Part shown: piece by piece, positions 26,836 to 39,130 of the stretch | How positions within the stretch are numbered: position 1 is the first letter of the stretch | How the letters are laid out: the number at the start of each line of letters is the position of its first letter | Source: Malacoraja senta | Lineage: Eukaryota | DNA: 64,000 bases | Assembly: GCA_038087875.1 (NCBI GenBank) | Contig: CM075992.1 | Span: 7,938,001 to 8,002,000, forward strand | Direction of reading: 5' to 3' | Notes under the pieces: generated by a model | What the model saw: only the letters and a program-made list of their open reading frames with translations | Database searches by the model: none | Told to the model about the DNA's origin: nothing | Translations under genes and position numbers: made by a program

Positions 26836-27369
26836 AAGGTGGGGAACCTGCAGCCTTAAGGCCGCATGCGGCCTTCTAGGCCATTAAGTGCGGCCTTTTG
26901 GATGAATCCAAATTTTGTAGAACAAATCCTTTTCTTTTTATTTTATTAATATGCTTTTGTTCGTCTTTTATTATTTTTATTTTATTTTAAAATGAACGTA
27001 TTTAAAATACCAAAGAATAAAAGAAGATTCAACGAAATAATCGTCCCCGACTGACGGCCACAATTAAAATATTAGTAAGTCATGAGGGCTATTTTAACAC
27101 CTGTTATGCTCATGATTTAGTTCTAATGCGATTCTAGAATGTGCGTTAACCTCCCACAAAAAGCAGTCACAACAAACTCATTAAAAGGTTAGTTAACTTT
27201 AGAATTAACAATTTTTTTCCATTTTCTTGAAGTTAGTACATATTTGTTCGATTTTTACAAAACAATGTACATTTTGAAGTATATCTAATTGAAGTTTCTT
27301 GGATGCGGCCTTATTAGATTACAGCTAACTTAATGCGGCATTCCAACATGAAAAGTTTCCCCATCCCTT
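26836..27369. mobile_element. hAT (Charlie-like) non-autonomous DNA transposon
   Basis: Termini caaggtggggaacc / gtttccccatccct, subterminal GCGGCC repeats, AT-rich interior. Confidence 0.6.
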
Positions 27370-27431
27370 AAGTTATATCAAGTAATCTCCCTGGCCTGAT
27401 TCCTTCAGAAGGGGGAAATTGGCACAAATAT

Positions 27432-27750
27432 GTTTAGTTTAGTTTAGTTTAGAGATACATCACGGAAACAGGCCCTTCGGCCCTTGGAGCCCACGCCGAC
27501 CAGCGATCCCCGCACATTAACACAAGCCTACACACATCAGGGACAATTTACACTTATACCAAGTATACAAACCCAAGCCAATTTACCTACAAACCTGCAC
27601 GTCTTTGGAGTGTGGGAGGAAACTGATGATCTCAGAGAAAACCCACGCGGTCACAGGGAGAACGTACAAACTCTGTACAGACGGGACCCGTAGTCGGGAT
27701 GGAACCCGGGTCTCTGGCGCTGCGAGCGCTATAAGGCAGCAACTCTACCT
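27432..27750 (-). mobile_element. HE1-type V-SINE
   Basis: Matches the family consensus. Confidence 0.9.
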
Positions 27751-27929
27751 TTGGGAGTTAACAATTCATCCATTCATTACAGCTCCCTGGATTAGAGCAG
27801 GTAGTCTTATAGGTTCCTATAAAAGATGCATGGTAACTCACAAGCCTCGTGAGACGATTCTCCTCGCTCCTTCGCGTTCAACTACACACACGGTATTCAC
27901 TGAATCTAAAGTATTATGAACGTGACCAC

Positions 27930-28475
27930 TGAAGATGGGCGCAAAATGCTGGAGTAACTCAGCGGGACAGGCAGCATCTCTGGAGAGAAGGAATACGTGA
28001 CGTTTCGGGTCGAGACCCTTCTTCAGACTGAGGATCAGGGGAAAGATAAACGAGAGATATAGACGGCGATTTCGAGAGATATAGAACAAATGGATGAAAG
28101 AAAAATAACAATGACAAAGGAAACAGGCCATTGTTAGCTGTGGGCTAGGTGAAAACGAGTTACAGACAATGAGACTCAACAAGACGACTTTGAAACTAGT
28201 ACAATGACTAGGATGGTGGAGGGAGAGAGAGGGGATGCAAGGGTTACTTGAAGTTAGAGAAATCAATGTTCATACGCTGTAAGCTACCCAAGTGAAATAT
28301 GAGGTGGTGTTCCTCCACTTTGCGCTGGGCCTCACTCTGACAGTGGAGGAGGCCCAGGACAGAAAGGTCAGTGTGGGAATGGGAGGGGGAGTTAAAGTGT
28401 TTGGCAACCGGGAGATCAGGTAGGCCTGAGCGAAGGTGTTCAGCGAAACGATCGCCCAGTCTACGTTTGGTCTTT
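27930..28475 (-). mobile_element. Penelope-like retroelement 3' end: GIY-YIG endonuclease remnant plus pLTR
   Basis: TKRRLGDRFAEHLRS..PVAKHFNSPSHSHTDLSVLGL..RKVEEHHLIFHLGSLQ..MNIDFSNFK, followed by the repeat unit seen across the window. Confidence 0.9.
27998..28030 (-). ncRNA. Minimal type I hammerhead ribozyme core (Penelope pLTR)
   Basis: cagt-CUGAAGA-A-GGGU(CUCG)ACCC-GAAA-CGUC-acg; helix I is weak. Confidence 0.6.
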
Positions 28476-28892
28476 TCACTGCATCCAACCAATCGCCCCA
28501 GAGATAGCTATTGCTGCAGAACTTATTCCCGTGGACCATGTTGAACTCTTGAGAAGGTCATTAAGACAAAAGCGCTTATCTTTTACATTCTATTAGTTCA
28601 TACTTGATAGTTTTATCGTGTGTTTATTTCAAGGCAATATATCAAGTTCCTCTTTGATGTCCACACTGTATTAATGATGTGTTTCTTGCAGCAAGGTTGG
28701 AGTGGAGGTGTCTGCGTGATACACCGGCTCTCAGGGTTATCAACGATGTTTAGTGGCAGCGCGAAAGAAGGAACTGCAGATGCTGGATTACAACAACAAA
28801 AAAGATACAATGTGCTGGAGTAACTCAGCAGATCAGGCCCAATGTGGAGTACACAGATTGGTGACATTTCAGGTTGGGACACTTCTTCAGAC

Positions 28893-29287
28893 CAAAGATC
28901 CTATAGCGGAGCAAGATAGCCCACTCGACGAAAAAGACGTAGTACGGTCATGGGCTGATTCATGGGTAATTTTCGGCCCCATTTCCGTAACCGGCTTCCG
29001 TCTCCGCACCAAAGATCCCATAGCGGAGCAAAGATACTAGTGCGGAGACGGAAGCCGGTTACGGAAACATCCTGGTAAAAATAAAAGTTCTTTGGTAAAA
29101 ATCTTCTCCTCATTTTCAGAATTATAATTTATTAACACAAACTGTTCCCCCGCAACGTTGATTACACTGCGAGTCGGGTCGGGTCAGGTTACTGAAATGG
29201 GTGAAAAAAAGGGCCACGTTGCGTACTACACGTCAGCCCATTGCATTTAGCAGGAGTGGTCTATCTTGCTCCACTATAGGATCTTTG
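28893..29287. mobile_element. hAT-like MITE (copy 1) inside a Penelope palindrome
   Basis: TIR caaagatcctatagcggagcaagatag; 8-bp TSD CTTCAGAC/CTTCAGAT. Confidence 0.75.
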
Positions 29288-29551
29288 CTTCAGATTGGAA
29301 TAAGGTCCCGACCCAAAACGTCACTTATCCAAGTTCCCCAGCTATGCTGCCTGACCCGCTGAGTTTCTCCAGCACTTTGTGAGTTTAGTGGCCGCGCGTT
29401 GCTGTGCTCTGCCACCTCCCTCTTGTCTTCACCGGCACATATCTCCCCAGGTCACCTCTGGCATTTTGCATCAAACACCATTCAATTGCAATCGGAAAAA
29501 CCGCAGCAAAACGCTGGTGCGGCTGTTAGAGCTGCAACCTTGCAGCGCCAG

Positions 29552-30090
29552 TAGGGTTGCCAACTTTCTCACTCCCAGATAAGGGACGAAAGGTCAAAGT
29601 AAGGGACAAATTCCCGACGGCCATTCGTTGCCCGACTCGGCCGTGGCTGGGTGAATGATGAGTTGGCCCCCGGGTGCTGGACTGCACACAAAGCCCAGCC
29701 GGCGGGTCAGCTGAGGGGTTTTGGCCCGGGCCGCGCGACGTCGCGCGCAAAGTCCAGCGCCCCATCCAACTCATGAACCGATGGTTGGCCATGAGAAGGC
29801 GGGGTGGTGGTGGTGTCGGCGGTAAGCGAAGATCCGAAGGTCGGACAGCTGGCCGGGCTGCCGGCCGACGGGGCCACGGGCGAGGCGCTGCTGCTGCTGC
29901 TGCTGCACTCCATGGGCTGCACTACGTCGGGACGGGTGAGGCGGGGCCGGACGTGGCGCTCCGACCCGACAGTCCCCTCGACCCGAGTAGTAGCAGTCAA
30001 ATACGGGACAAGGGCGGTCCCGTACGGGACAAATCAATTTAGCCCAATATACGGGATGTCCCGGCTAATACGGGACAGTTGGCAACCCTT
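29552..30090 (+). mobile_element. hAT (Blackjack-like) non-autonomous element inserted in an HE1 SINE
   Basis: TIR tagggttgccaact / agttggcaaccctt; perfect 8-bp TSD AGCGCCAG; GGGAC subterminal repeats. Confidence 0.85.
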
Positions 30091-30672
30091 AGCGCCAGAG
30101 ACCCGAGTTTGGTCCCGACCCCGGGTGCCGTCTGTGTGTGTGTGGAGTTTACACGTTCTCCCCGTGACCACGTGGGTTTCCTCCAGGCGCTCCGTCTTCC
30201 TCCCACATCCCGAGACGTGCGGGTTTGTAGTTAGGCACAAAATGTTGGAGTAACTCAGCGAGTCAGGCAGCATCTCCGGAGATGTTTCAGGTCAAGACCC
30301 TTCTGAATGTGTAGTGGATGGATGGGGCAGTGAGAGCAGGTAGAACTAGTGTGAACAGGTCATCTCCATTTTTCAGGCTAAGTAGATGTGAGGGTGGGGC
30401 GGGGGTGGGGGTGGGGGATTTTGTTGCCAACTTTGATTCGTTCCAGCCTTCTCTCGCCTCCAGTATATTCTCCCCCACCACCCCTCACCTCTACTTTCAG
30501 ACTGAAAAAAGGTTCCGACCTGAAACGTCACCTATTCTTTACCGCCAGAGATGCTGCCTGGCCCGCTGAGTTACTCCAGCACATTGTGTCTATCTTCGGT
30601 ACAAACCCGCACGTCATTGTGATGCGGGTGGAAACCAGAGCACTAGGAGGAAACCCACGCGGTCACAGGGAG

Positions 30673-31030
30673 AACATAGAAAATAGGTGCAGTAGTCGGC
30701 CGTTCAGCCCTTCGAGCTAGCACCGCCATTCAAAGTAATCATGGCTGATCATCCAAAATTAATTACCCGTTCCTGCTTTTTCCCCATATCCCTTGATTCC
30801 GTTTGCTCTAAGAGGTAAATCTAACTCTCTCTTGAAAACATTCAGTGAATTGGCCTCCACTGTCTTCTGTGGCAGAGAATTCCACAGATTCACAACTCTC
30901 TGGGTGAAAACGTTTTTCCTCATCTCAGTCCTAAATGGCCGACCCCTTATTCTTAAACTGTGACCCCTGGTTCTGGACTTCCCCCAACATGGGGAACATT
31001 TTTCCTGCATCTAGCCCGTTCTAGCCTGCA
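30673..31030 (-). mobile_element. CR1 3' fragment
   Basis: SRTRGHSLRIRGRPFRTEMRKNVFTQRVVNLWN. Confidence 0.9.
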
Positions 31031-31624
31031 TCTAGAACATGCAAACTCCACACAGACAGCACCCGAGGTGAGGGATTGAACTCGGTTCTCTGGTGCCGCG
31101 AGACAGCAGCTCGACCCGTTGCGCTACTGTACTTGCCTTGTGCTGCTGCCAAGGAGTTAGAATGATTCAAAATTAGTTGGGAGCTTCAACAATCATCCCT
31201 CCATTTCATGGGCTCGTAAAGCTGAGGAATATAATCTTCTCCTTAAGAGGAGTGTTTCTGGAGTAGAGCTTCAGGGCTTCCAAGATGTGTTTCAACAAGC
31301 GACGTGTTTATACGGTGTAATCACTGCGGCAGTGTGAGAATTGCTTCTGATATTTAGCTTTTCAAAAGGTCCTATAGATAACAGTGAAGTGCTGCAAGTG
31401 GCGAGGTAAAATGTTGGGGGAAGTTGGCTGATAAAAAGCTCTTGGTTAGGGATTCCAAATTCTTGCGGCTAGTCGGGTAGTTTTAAAATATTGAGGAAGA
31501 AGGAACTGCAGATGCTGGATTACAACAACAAAAAAGATACAATGTGCTGGAGTAACTCAGCAGATCAGGCCCAATGTGGAGTACACAGATTGGTGACATT
31601 TCAGGTTGGGACATTTCTTCAGAC

Positions 31625-32034
31625 CAAAGATTCTATAGCGAGCAAGATAGCCCACTCGACGAAAAAGACGTAGTACGGTCATGGGCAGATTCACGGGTAA
31701 TTTTCGGCCCCATTTCCGTAACCGGCTTCTGTCTCCGCACCAAAGATCCCATAGCGGAGCAAAGATAACTAGTGCGGAGACGGAAGCCGGTTACGGAAAC
31801 ATCCTGGTAAAAATAAAAGTTATTTGGTAAAAATCTTCTCCTCATTTTCAGAATTATAATTTATTAACACAAACTGTTCCCCCGCAACGTTGATTACACT
31901 GCGAGTCGAGTCGGGTCGGGTCGGGTTACTGAAATGGGTGAAAAAAAGGCCCACGTTCCGCTCTGTTGCGTACTACACGTCAGCCCATTGCATTTAGCAG
32001 GAGTGGTCTATCTTGCTCCGCTATAGGATCTTTG
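31625..32034. mobile_element. hAT-like MITE (copy 2) inside a near-identical Penelope palindrome
   Basis: Same TIR, TSD and host sequence as 28893-29287. Confidence 0.75.
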
Positions 32035-32415
32035 CTTCAGATTGGAGTAGGGTCCCGACCCAAAACGTCACTTATCCAAGTTCCCCAGCTATGCTGCCTG
32101 ACCCGCTGAGTTTCTCCAGCACTTTGTGAGTTTAGTTTTGTTCAGTTCAGTTGAGGGATTCGGCGCAGAAACAGTCCCTTCGGCCCACCAAGCCCGTGCT
32201 GACCAGCGATACCCGTACACTAGCACTATCCTAAACATACTAAGGACAGTTCACAATATTTACCAAGCCAATCAGCCCACAAACCTGTACGTCTTTGGAG
32301 CGTGGGAGGAAACCGGAGATGCCGGAGAAAACCCACGCGGTCACGGGGAGAACGTACAAACTCCGTACAGACAGCACCCGTAGTCATGATCGAACCTGGG
32401 TCTCCGGCGATGTCA

Positions 32416-32733
32416 AGGGCCTGTCCCACTGTACGAGCTAATTCAAGAGTTCTCCCGAGTTTCCCCTGATTCGAACTCGGAGAATTACGGTATCAGCCGC
32501 TCGTAGGTACTCGGGGCTCTCGTGGACATTTTTCAACATGTTGAAAAATCTTCACGAGTCTTCATGAGTTTACCGCGTTTCCCGAGTACCTGCCGTTAGC
32601 GTTACGAGCCGCTAAGAGACGTCCAGAGCTCCGACGTACCCGCTACGTACATTCTACGTGCTTACCACGAGTTTGATTTTTTTTTTTAACTCGGGAGAGC
32701 TCTTGAATTACCTCGTACAGTGGGACAGGCCCT
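32416..32733. mobile_element. Harbinger-type MITE inside a minus-strand HE1 SINE (32128-32770)
   Basis: agggcctgtcccactgtacgag / ctcgtacagtgggacaggccct; TCA/TAA flanks. Confidence 0.8.
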
Positions 32734-32974
32734 TAAAGCAGCAACTCTACTGCTGCGCCACCGTGCCGCCCGAGTTGCTAAATATTGGTCATAAAGTGTA
32801 TTCAGCTACGTGAGAGTTTAGAGTTTATTGTCAAATCTGACATTAAGTTGCCAGATCTATTTTCTTTTGTGGAGTTTTTGGTTATTTGTTGAAGGGATCC
32901 AAGTCTCTTTCAGCTTTCTCCCTCCCACTACAATCAGTCTGGGGAAGGGTCCCAACCCGAAACATCGCCTGTCC

Positions 32975-33823
32975 ATAGAAACATAGAATCATAGAACATA
33001 GGTGCCATTCGGCCCTTTGAGCCTGCACCGCCATTCAATATGATCATGGCTGATCATCCAACTCAGTATCCTGTACCTGCCTTCTCTCCATACCCCCTGA
33101 TCCCTTTAGCCACAAGGGCCACATCTAACTCCCTCTTAAATATAGCCAATGAACTGGCCTCAACTGCTTTCTGTGGCAGAGAGTTCCACAGATTCACCAC
33201 TCTCTGTATGAAAAAAAATGTTTTTCTCATCTCGGTCCTAAAAGACTTCCCCCTTATCCTTAAACTGTGACCCCTTGTTCTGGACTTCCCCAACATCGGG
33301 TACAATCGTCCTGCATCTAGCCTGTCCAACCCCTTAAGAATTTTGTAAGTTTCTATAAGATCCCCCCTCAATCTTCTAAATTCCAGCGAGTACAAGCCGA
33401 GTCTATCCAGTCTTTCTTCATATGAAAGTCCTGCCATCCCAGGAATCAGTCTGGTGAACCTTCTCTGTACTCCCTCTATGGCAAGAATGTCTTTCCTCAG
33501 ATTAGGAGACCAAAACTGTACGCAATACTCCAGGTGTGGTCTCACCAAGACCCTGTACAACTGCAATAGAACCTCCCTGCTCCTATACTCAATTCCTTTT
33601 GCTATGAATGCTAACATACCATTCGCTTTCTTCACTGCCTGCTGCACCTGCATGCCTACTTTTAATGACTGGTGTACCATGACACCCAGGTCTCGTTGCA
33701 TCTCCCCTTTTCCTAATCGGCCACCATTCAGATAATAGTATACTTTCCTGTTTTTGTCGCCAAAGTGAATAACCTCACATTTATCCACATTAAACTGCAT
33801 CTGCCATGCATTTGCCCACTCTC
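32975..33823 (-). mobile_element. Young 5'-truncated CR1/HER1 LINE with an open 245-aa ORF2 C-terminus (33063-33800)
   Basis: MQFNVDKCEVIHFG..RDLGVMVH..LVRPHLEYCVQFWSP..RVVNLWNSLP. Confidence 0.95.
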
Positions 33824-34404
33824 CGTGTTCCTCAGAGAATGGAGAACAGGGAACTGGAGTAATCCAGCGGGTCAGGCAGCATCTCTGAAGAACATGGATT
33901 AGTGACGTTTCAGGTCGGGATCTTTCTCCAGACTGCTAGGTGACTTGAAAAGTCGCTTATCCATGTTCTCCAGAGATGCTGCCTGACCCGCTGAGTTACT
34001 CCAACACTTTGTGTCTTTTTTTTGTCCCGTCTGAATAAGGGTCCAGACCCGAAACGTCACATATTGATATTCTCCAGAGATGCTGCCTGACCCGCTGGGG
34101 GTTCCCCCAGCACTTCATTGAAAACTTCTTTTCTGTAAACCGCCATCTGCAGTTCCTTGTTTCTACATGTCCTCCAGAGAACCTGCCCAACACTTTAAGT
34201 TGCCACAGCCATAAGTTGGCCATAAGGCTTACATTTATATTGAACTCTTCACAACCCTGGACCTAACTCACCTCTCGCAAGCGATGAGGCACTGCTGATA
34301 CATGGGCGGGTGTGGTAATGAAGGAAATGAAATTGTTCATTTGCACTGAGGAATGTGCAATATTGCAGTGGGCAGATAATCTGTTTTGGATCTGTTGATT
34401 GAAG

Positions 34405-34535
34405 AATAATGTTAGCCAGGGCACTGTGAAACATAAATCTCTCTTTGAAAAGCGCAGTGGGACCTGTCCTGCCCTTTGGAATGGGCAGGGCTGGTTTAAG
34501 ACTGCATCTGGGAGACAGCACTAGCAGTGTGTAGA
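34405..34535 (+). mobile_element. Possible ancient DeuSINE (Deu-domain) relic
   Basis: aatgttagccagggcac..ctctttgaaaag..gtggga..gggctggtttaag..catctg..agacagcac resembles, from memory, the Deu-domain of SacSINE/AmnSINE. Confidence 0.4.
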
Positions 34536-35262
34536 GTCAAGAGGGGCCCAGGCAGGGTGAACAGACATAGCTGAAAGGTAATAAATACCAAGAACAATTC
34601 TAGTGGAGTTCAGGAAAAGCAAGTTCACCCAAGAGTAACTCACTGCCTGAAAGAGTTTTTGGAAACTTTCGCTGATGGTGCAAGGTAGCGCTCGATGCGC
34701 TGGTGAAAGCTGCAGAGCAACTCTTGGGGAATTGGGATCAGTCCAAAGCACTACTCAGAGAACAATCACATACAGATTGTCACGGAGCCACGGAAACAGG
34801 TAGAAGGGCAGGTGGTTACAAGATTTGGAGAGAGTAGAATTAAGAGTCTTTGAGCCAAAGACGCACAGGTTTGTAAGAAGGGTTTTGACGCGAAACGTTG
34901 CCTATTCCCTTTGCTCCATAGATGCTGCCTCACCCGCTGAGTTTCTCCAGCAGTTTTGTCCACCTAAGGTTTGTAAGTGAATTGGTTCCGGCAAAACGTT
35001 GGAAATTCTCCCTAGTGGGTGTGGGATAGTGCTAGTGTGTGGAGATCGCTGGTCAGCGCGCACTCAATGGGCCAAAGGGCCAGTTTCCATGCTGAATCCC
35101 AAAACTGATCGAAAATAAACAATTAAAAGACACTTTGATAGGTACATGGATAGGGGGATATGAGCCAATTGTAGGTGAATGGTCATAGCTTAGATGGGGC
35201 ATCTTGGTCATCATGGAATGGTGATGGGGGTCGGATTAGTCAACGGGTGAAGTAAATTATCA

Positions 35263-35461
35263 AGGGCCTGTCCCACTTTCACGACCTAATTCACGACATT
35301 TTTCATCAGGCTAGAAAAACGCCCCGACCTACTTGATGCCACGAGTACCTACGACTAGCATCACGGCCTGCTACGACCTCGTGACGACCATGCTGCAAGT
35401 ATGAGTCAAGGGCAAACTCGGCAGAGGTCGTGAATTAGGTCGTGAAAGTGGGGCAGGCCCT
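35263..35461. mobile_element. Harbinger-type MITE
   Basis: agggcctgtcccactttcacgacctaattcacgac and its reverse complement at the 3' end. Confidence 0.8.
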
Positions 35462-35719
35462 TAAAGGTTAGAGTTGCAAAGGAGAATAAAAAGGTATCGG
35501 ATAACATCAGCCGCCCATCATTCCACAGGTACTGACTGACCCAGTTGTGTTTCTCCAACTCCAAACTCCAGCACTGCACTTGTGACTCTATCAGTGCCTT
35601 TCTGTTTTCACTTCAAGGGGAAGGTAGTGAGTCAGGCTCTGAGTGTGTGTGTTGCCCAACTTCTCTCCATATCAATGCTTCAATGGTTCTTCATTGACAT
35701 GCGTGAAATTCATTTTTGC

Positions 35720-35930
35720 GCAGCGCACACGATATACGATGCGATAGAATATTTATCCCAGGAGGGAGATTGATCTGCCACCAGTCATTAAAACACAAAA
35801 ATGCATGAAACGTGAAATTAGCGTGACGAGCGGAAAGGATTGGGGATGTGCAAAGATTGGGGAGGGGAGTCAGTCTCAGTCTACCCCACGACAGATGTGG
35901 GAGGAGTTGTACACTTTGATAGCCATTTAC
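35720..35930 (-). mobile_element. Rex1/Babar 3' end
   Basis: Homologous to 42729-43237. Confidence 0.75.
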
Positions 35931-35980
35931 TAAAGAAAAGTCCACAGTCCAAGTGCTGGATGTACTGGAGTGGCCCCGAT

Positions 35981-36060
35981 CCAGGTAAGCCCAGGTAAGC
36001 CCCAGGTAAGCCCCAGGTTAGCCCAGGTAAGCCCCAGGTAAGCCCCAGGTAAGCCCCAGG
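35981..36060 (+). repeat. Minisatellite (CCCAGGTAAGC)n, about 7 units
   Basis: 10-11-bp tandem unit seen directly. Confidence 0.95.
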
Positions 36061-36258
36061 CTACTGCAGGGCCTCCTCCGTCGCCCTCGACCGACTCAGC
36101 CCGCCAACCAACGTCCCTCTCCTCGCCCGGCCGCCTCTATATCCTCCCTCTATCTCACACCTCTTCAGTCTCCTTTTCACCTCCAGCCTTTGTCTACCCA
36201 TCTGCCAATCGAACTCCCCCCATCCCCCACCCCTCTCACCTAGATCTACCTATCACTT

Positions 36259-36515
36259 GGTACACAAAAATGCTGGAGAAACTCAGCAGGTGCAGCAGCA
36301 TCTATGGAGCGAAGGAAATAGGCAACGTTTCGGGCTCCTCCTCCGCCTTTTTCCTTTTTTCCTTTCTTCTCCCCACCCCCTATCAGTCTGAAGAAGGGTT
36401 TCGGCCCGAAACGTTGCCTATTTCCTTCGCTCCATAGATGCTGCTGCACCCGCTGAGTTTCTCCAGCATTTTTGTGTACCTTCGATTTTCCAGCATCTGC
36501 AGTTCCTTCTTTAAC
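36259..36515. mobile_element. Penelope-derived palindrome with an intact hammerhead-like core at 36388-36415
   Basis: CTGAAGAAGGGTTTCGGCCCGAAACGTT; TCTACCTATCACTTG duplicated on both sides. Confidence 0.8.
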
Positions 36516-36612
36516 ACTCTACCTATCACTTGCCAGGCTTGGTCCTGCCCCCACCTCCCTTTTCCAGCTTTCTCACTCTGACGCCCAGCAGGCTGAGGAT
36601 GAGTCCAGACCG

Positions 36613-37058
36613 AAAGATTGAAAAGACTAGGCTTGTATTCACTGGAGTTTAGAAGGATGAGGGGCTATTTTATAGAAACATATAAAATTATAAAAGGACT
36701 GGACAAGCTAGATGCAGGAAAAATGTTCCCAATGTTGGGCGAGTCCAGAACCAAGGGCCACAGTCTTAGAATAAAGGGGAGGCCATTTAAGACTGAGGTG
36801 AGAAAAAACTTTTTCACCCAGAGAGTTGTGAATTTGTGGAATTCCCTGCCACAGAGGGCAGTGGAGGCCAAATCACTGGATGGATTTAAGAGAGAGTTAG
36901 ATAGAGCTCTAGGGGCTAGTGGAATCAAGGGATATGGGGAGAAGGCAGGCACGGGTTATTGATAGGGGACGATCAGCCATGATCACAATGAATGGCGGTG
37001 CTGGCTTGGGGCCGAATGGCCTCCTCCTGCACATATTTTTTATGTTTCTATGTTTCCA
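36613..37058 (+). mobile_element. CR1/HER1 3' fragment
   Basis: ORF 36618-36962. Confidence 0.95.
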
Positions 37059-37364
37059 TGGAAACATCGTCTGTTCACGGATGCTGTCTGACCCGCTGAG
37101 TTTAGTTCACTTTAGAGATACAGCACGGCAACAGGCCCTTCAGCCAACTGAGTCTGCACTGTGCATGTATTTGTGTATTCATGTATTGTCTCTCTGCTGG
37201 CTGGATAGCAGGCAACAAATGCTTTTCACCGCAGCTCGGTACACGTGACAATAAACTAAACTGAACCTGATCAACCATCATCCTGTACACTGGGTCTGCA
37301 AAGGGATCCCACAGTCAGGATTGAACCCGGGTCTCTAGCGCTGTCAATTGTACAATAAATGACT

Positions 37365-37680
37365 AATTTTAGTTTTTAGTTTTAGGATACAGCACAGATA
37401 CAGGCCCTTCGGCCCACCGAATCCATGCCGACCAGCGATCCCCGCACACTAAACACCATCCTACACACACTAGGGACAATTTACAATTTACAGAAGCCAG
37501 TTAACCTACAAACCTGTACGTCTTTGGAGTGTGGGAGGAAACCGGAGCACCCGGAGAAACCCCACGCAGGTCGCGGGGAGAACGTACAAACTCCTTACAG
37601 AGAGCACCCGTGGTTAGGATGGAACCCGGGTCTCTGGCGCTGTGAGGCAGCAACTCTACCGCTGCGCCACCGTGCCGCCA
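37365..37680 (-). mobile_element. HE1-type V-SINE
   Basis: Full-length match. Confidence 0.9.
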
Positions 37681-38317
37681 CACGCACGCGTTCCTCCAGC
37701 ACTCTGCGGTTTGCTTGCGAAAGGGACTGATGCTGAACTACTGAATTCCTCAACGCCATGTATGGAGCAAGTGGCTGTGAAGACTTGTTTCTAACCATTG
37801 CCATGGCGTACATCTGGAAAACTTTAAGCCTTTAGCAGATGCGGGTTCTGCTTTGTCACGAGCTACCGCGGCCAATTTCCACCTGACATGTTCGGGGTAG
37901 AACATGCAAACGCAATGCAAACCACAAAATGCTTCCAGTCGGAGACGATACCAGAAGCAGGGACTATAAATATCAGATTGTCACTAATAAATCCAGCAGG
38001 GATCCCAGGGGAAACTTCTTTTCCCGGAATGTGATTACAGTGGGAAAGACACCACTGCTGGGAATAGTTGAACAGTGAAGTATAAATTAATTCAGGAGGA
38101 AGTCAGGGAGGCTCGTGTCGAGATACGAGTGTAAGACTTTAGACTGTTGACATACAGTGTTGAAACAGGCCCTTCTTCCCACTGAGTTTGGGCCGATCAC
38201 CCTGCACACCATTTTTTTTTTTTTTGCACAATCCGCAAGCGTTGCCACTTTTCATTTCACTACACATCTCGTATGTGTATGTGACGAATAAACTTGACTT
38301 GACTTGAACACTAGCAT

Positions 38318-38683
38318 CGTGGTCACAGGAGTGGAAGGCAACCTCATCTCCATTACACAGCTACATCTCTTCACCAGATAAAAGCTGTCCAGGGTCTGAC
38401 CTCCCCAGAGGAGCATGGGTGAAGCTCAACAGACTTGGTACTGGAGATGGGCGTTTCAATGCCAGCATGTGGAGATGGGGGCTCCGCCAGAGCCCAGCCT
38501 GTGAATGCGGAGCAGAACAACAGACAGCCAACCATGTCATCTCTGGGTGCCCGCTCTACCACCCACCAAATGGAGCTGTGTCAGGGCCTGGCAGACATTG
38601 ACGCCAACAGAGACAACAACCTGGCTGCTCAACTGAGATCTAACTATTCCTTTGGTTTATGCTTCATTCACAAGAAGAAGAAG
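38318..38683 (+). mobile_element. Vingi LINE 3' end
   Basis: WVKLNRLGTGDGRFNASMWRWGLRQSPACECGAEQQTANHVISGCP; (GAA)n tail; ACTAGCA TSD. Confidence 0.85.
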
Positions 38684-39130
38684 ACTAGCACCGTCCTACA
38701 CACTAGGGGCAATTTGCAATATTACTGAAGCCAATAACCTACAAACCTGAAGATAGACACAACAGGTTGGAGTAACTCAGTGGGTCAGGCAGCATCTCTT
38801 GGAGAAAAGGAATGGGTGAAGCTTCGGGTCGAGACCCTTCTCCAGACTGAGAGTCAAGGGAGAGGGAACTGAGAGATATGAAAAGGTACATAAAACAAAT
38901 TAATGAAAGCTATGCAAAAAAAAAGATCAAAGCCGTCTTTGGATGTGGGAGGAAACTGGATCACCCAGAGAAAACCCACGTGGTCACAGGGAGAACGTAC
39001 AAACTCTGTACAAGCAGCACCTGTAGTCAGGATCGAACCCGGGTCTCTGGTGCTGTGAGGCAGCAACTCTACCGCAGCACCACCGTGCCTGGCTGTCATA
39101 CCAAGCTGTGATACATCCAAACACATTCTA

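Noticed and set aside
33063..33800. 245-aa ORF as a host gene
   Set aside because: 5'-truncated CR1 ORF2 lacking the RT core
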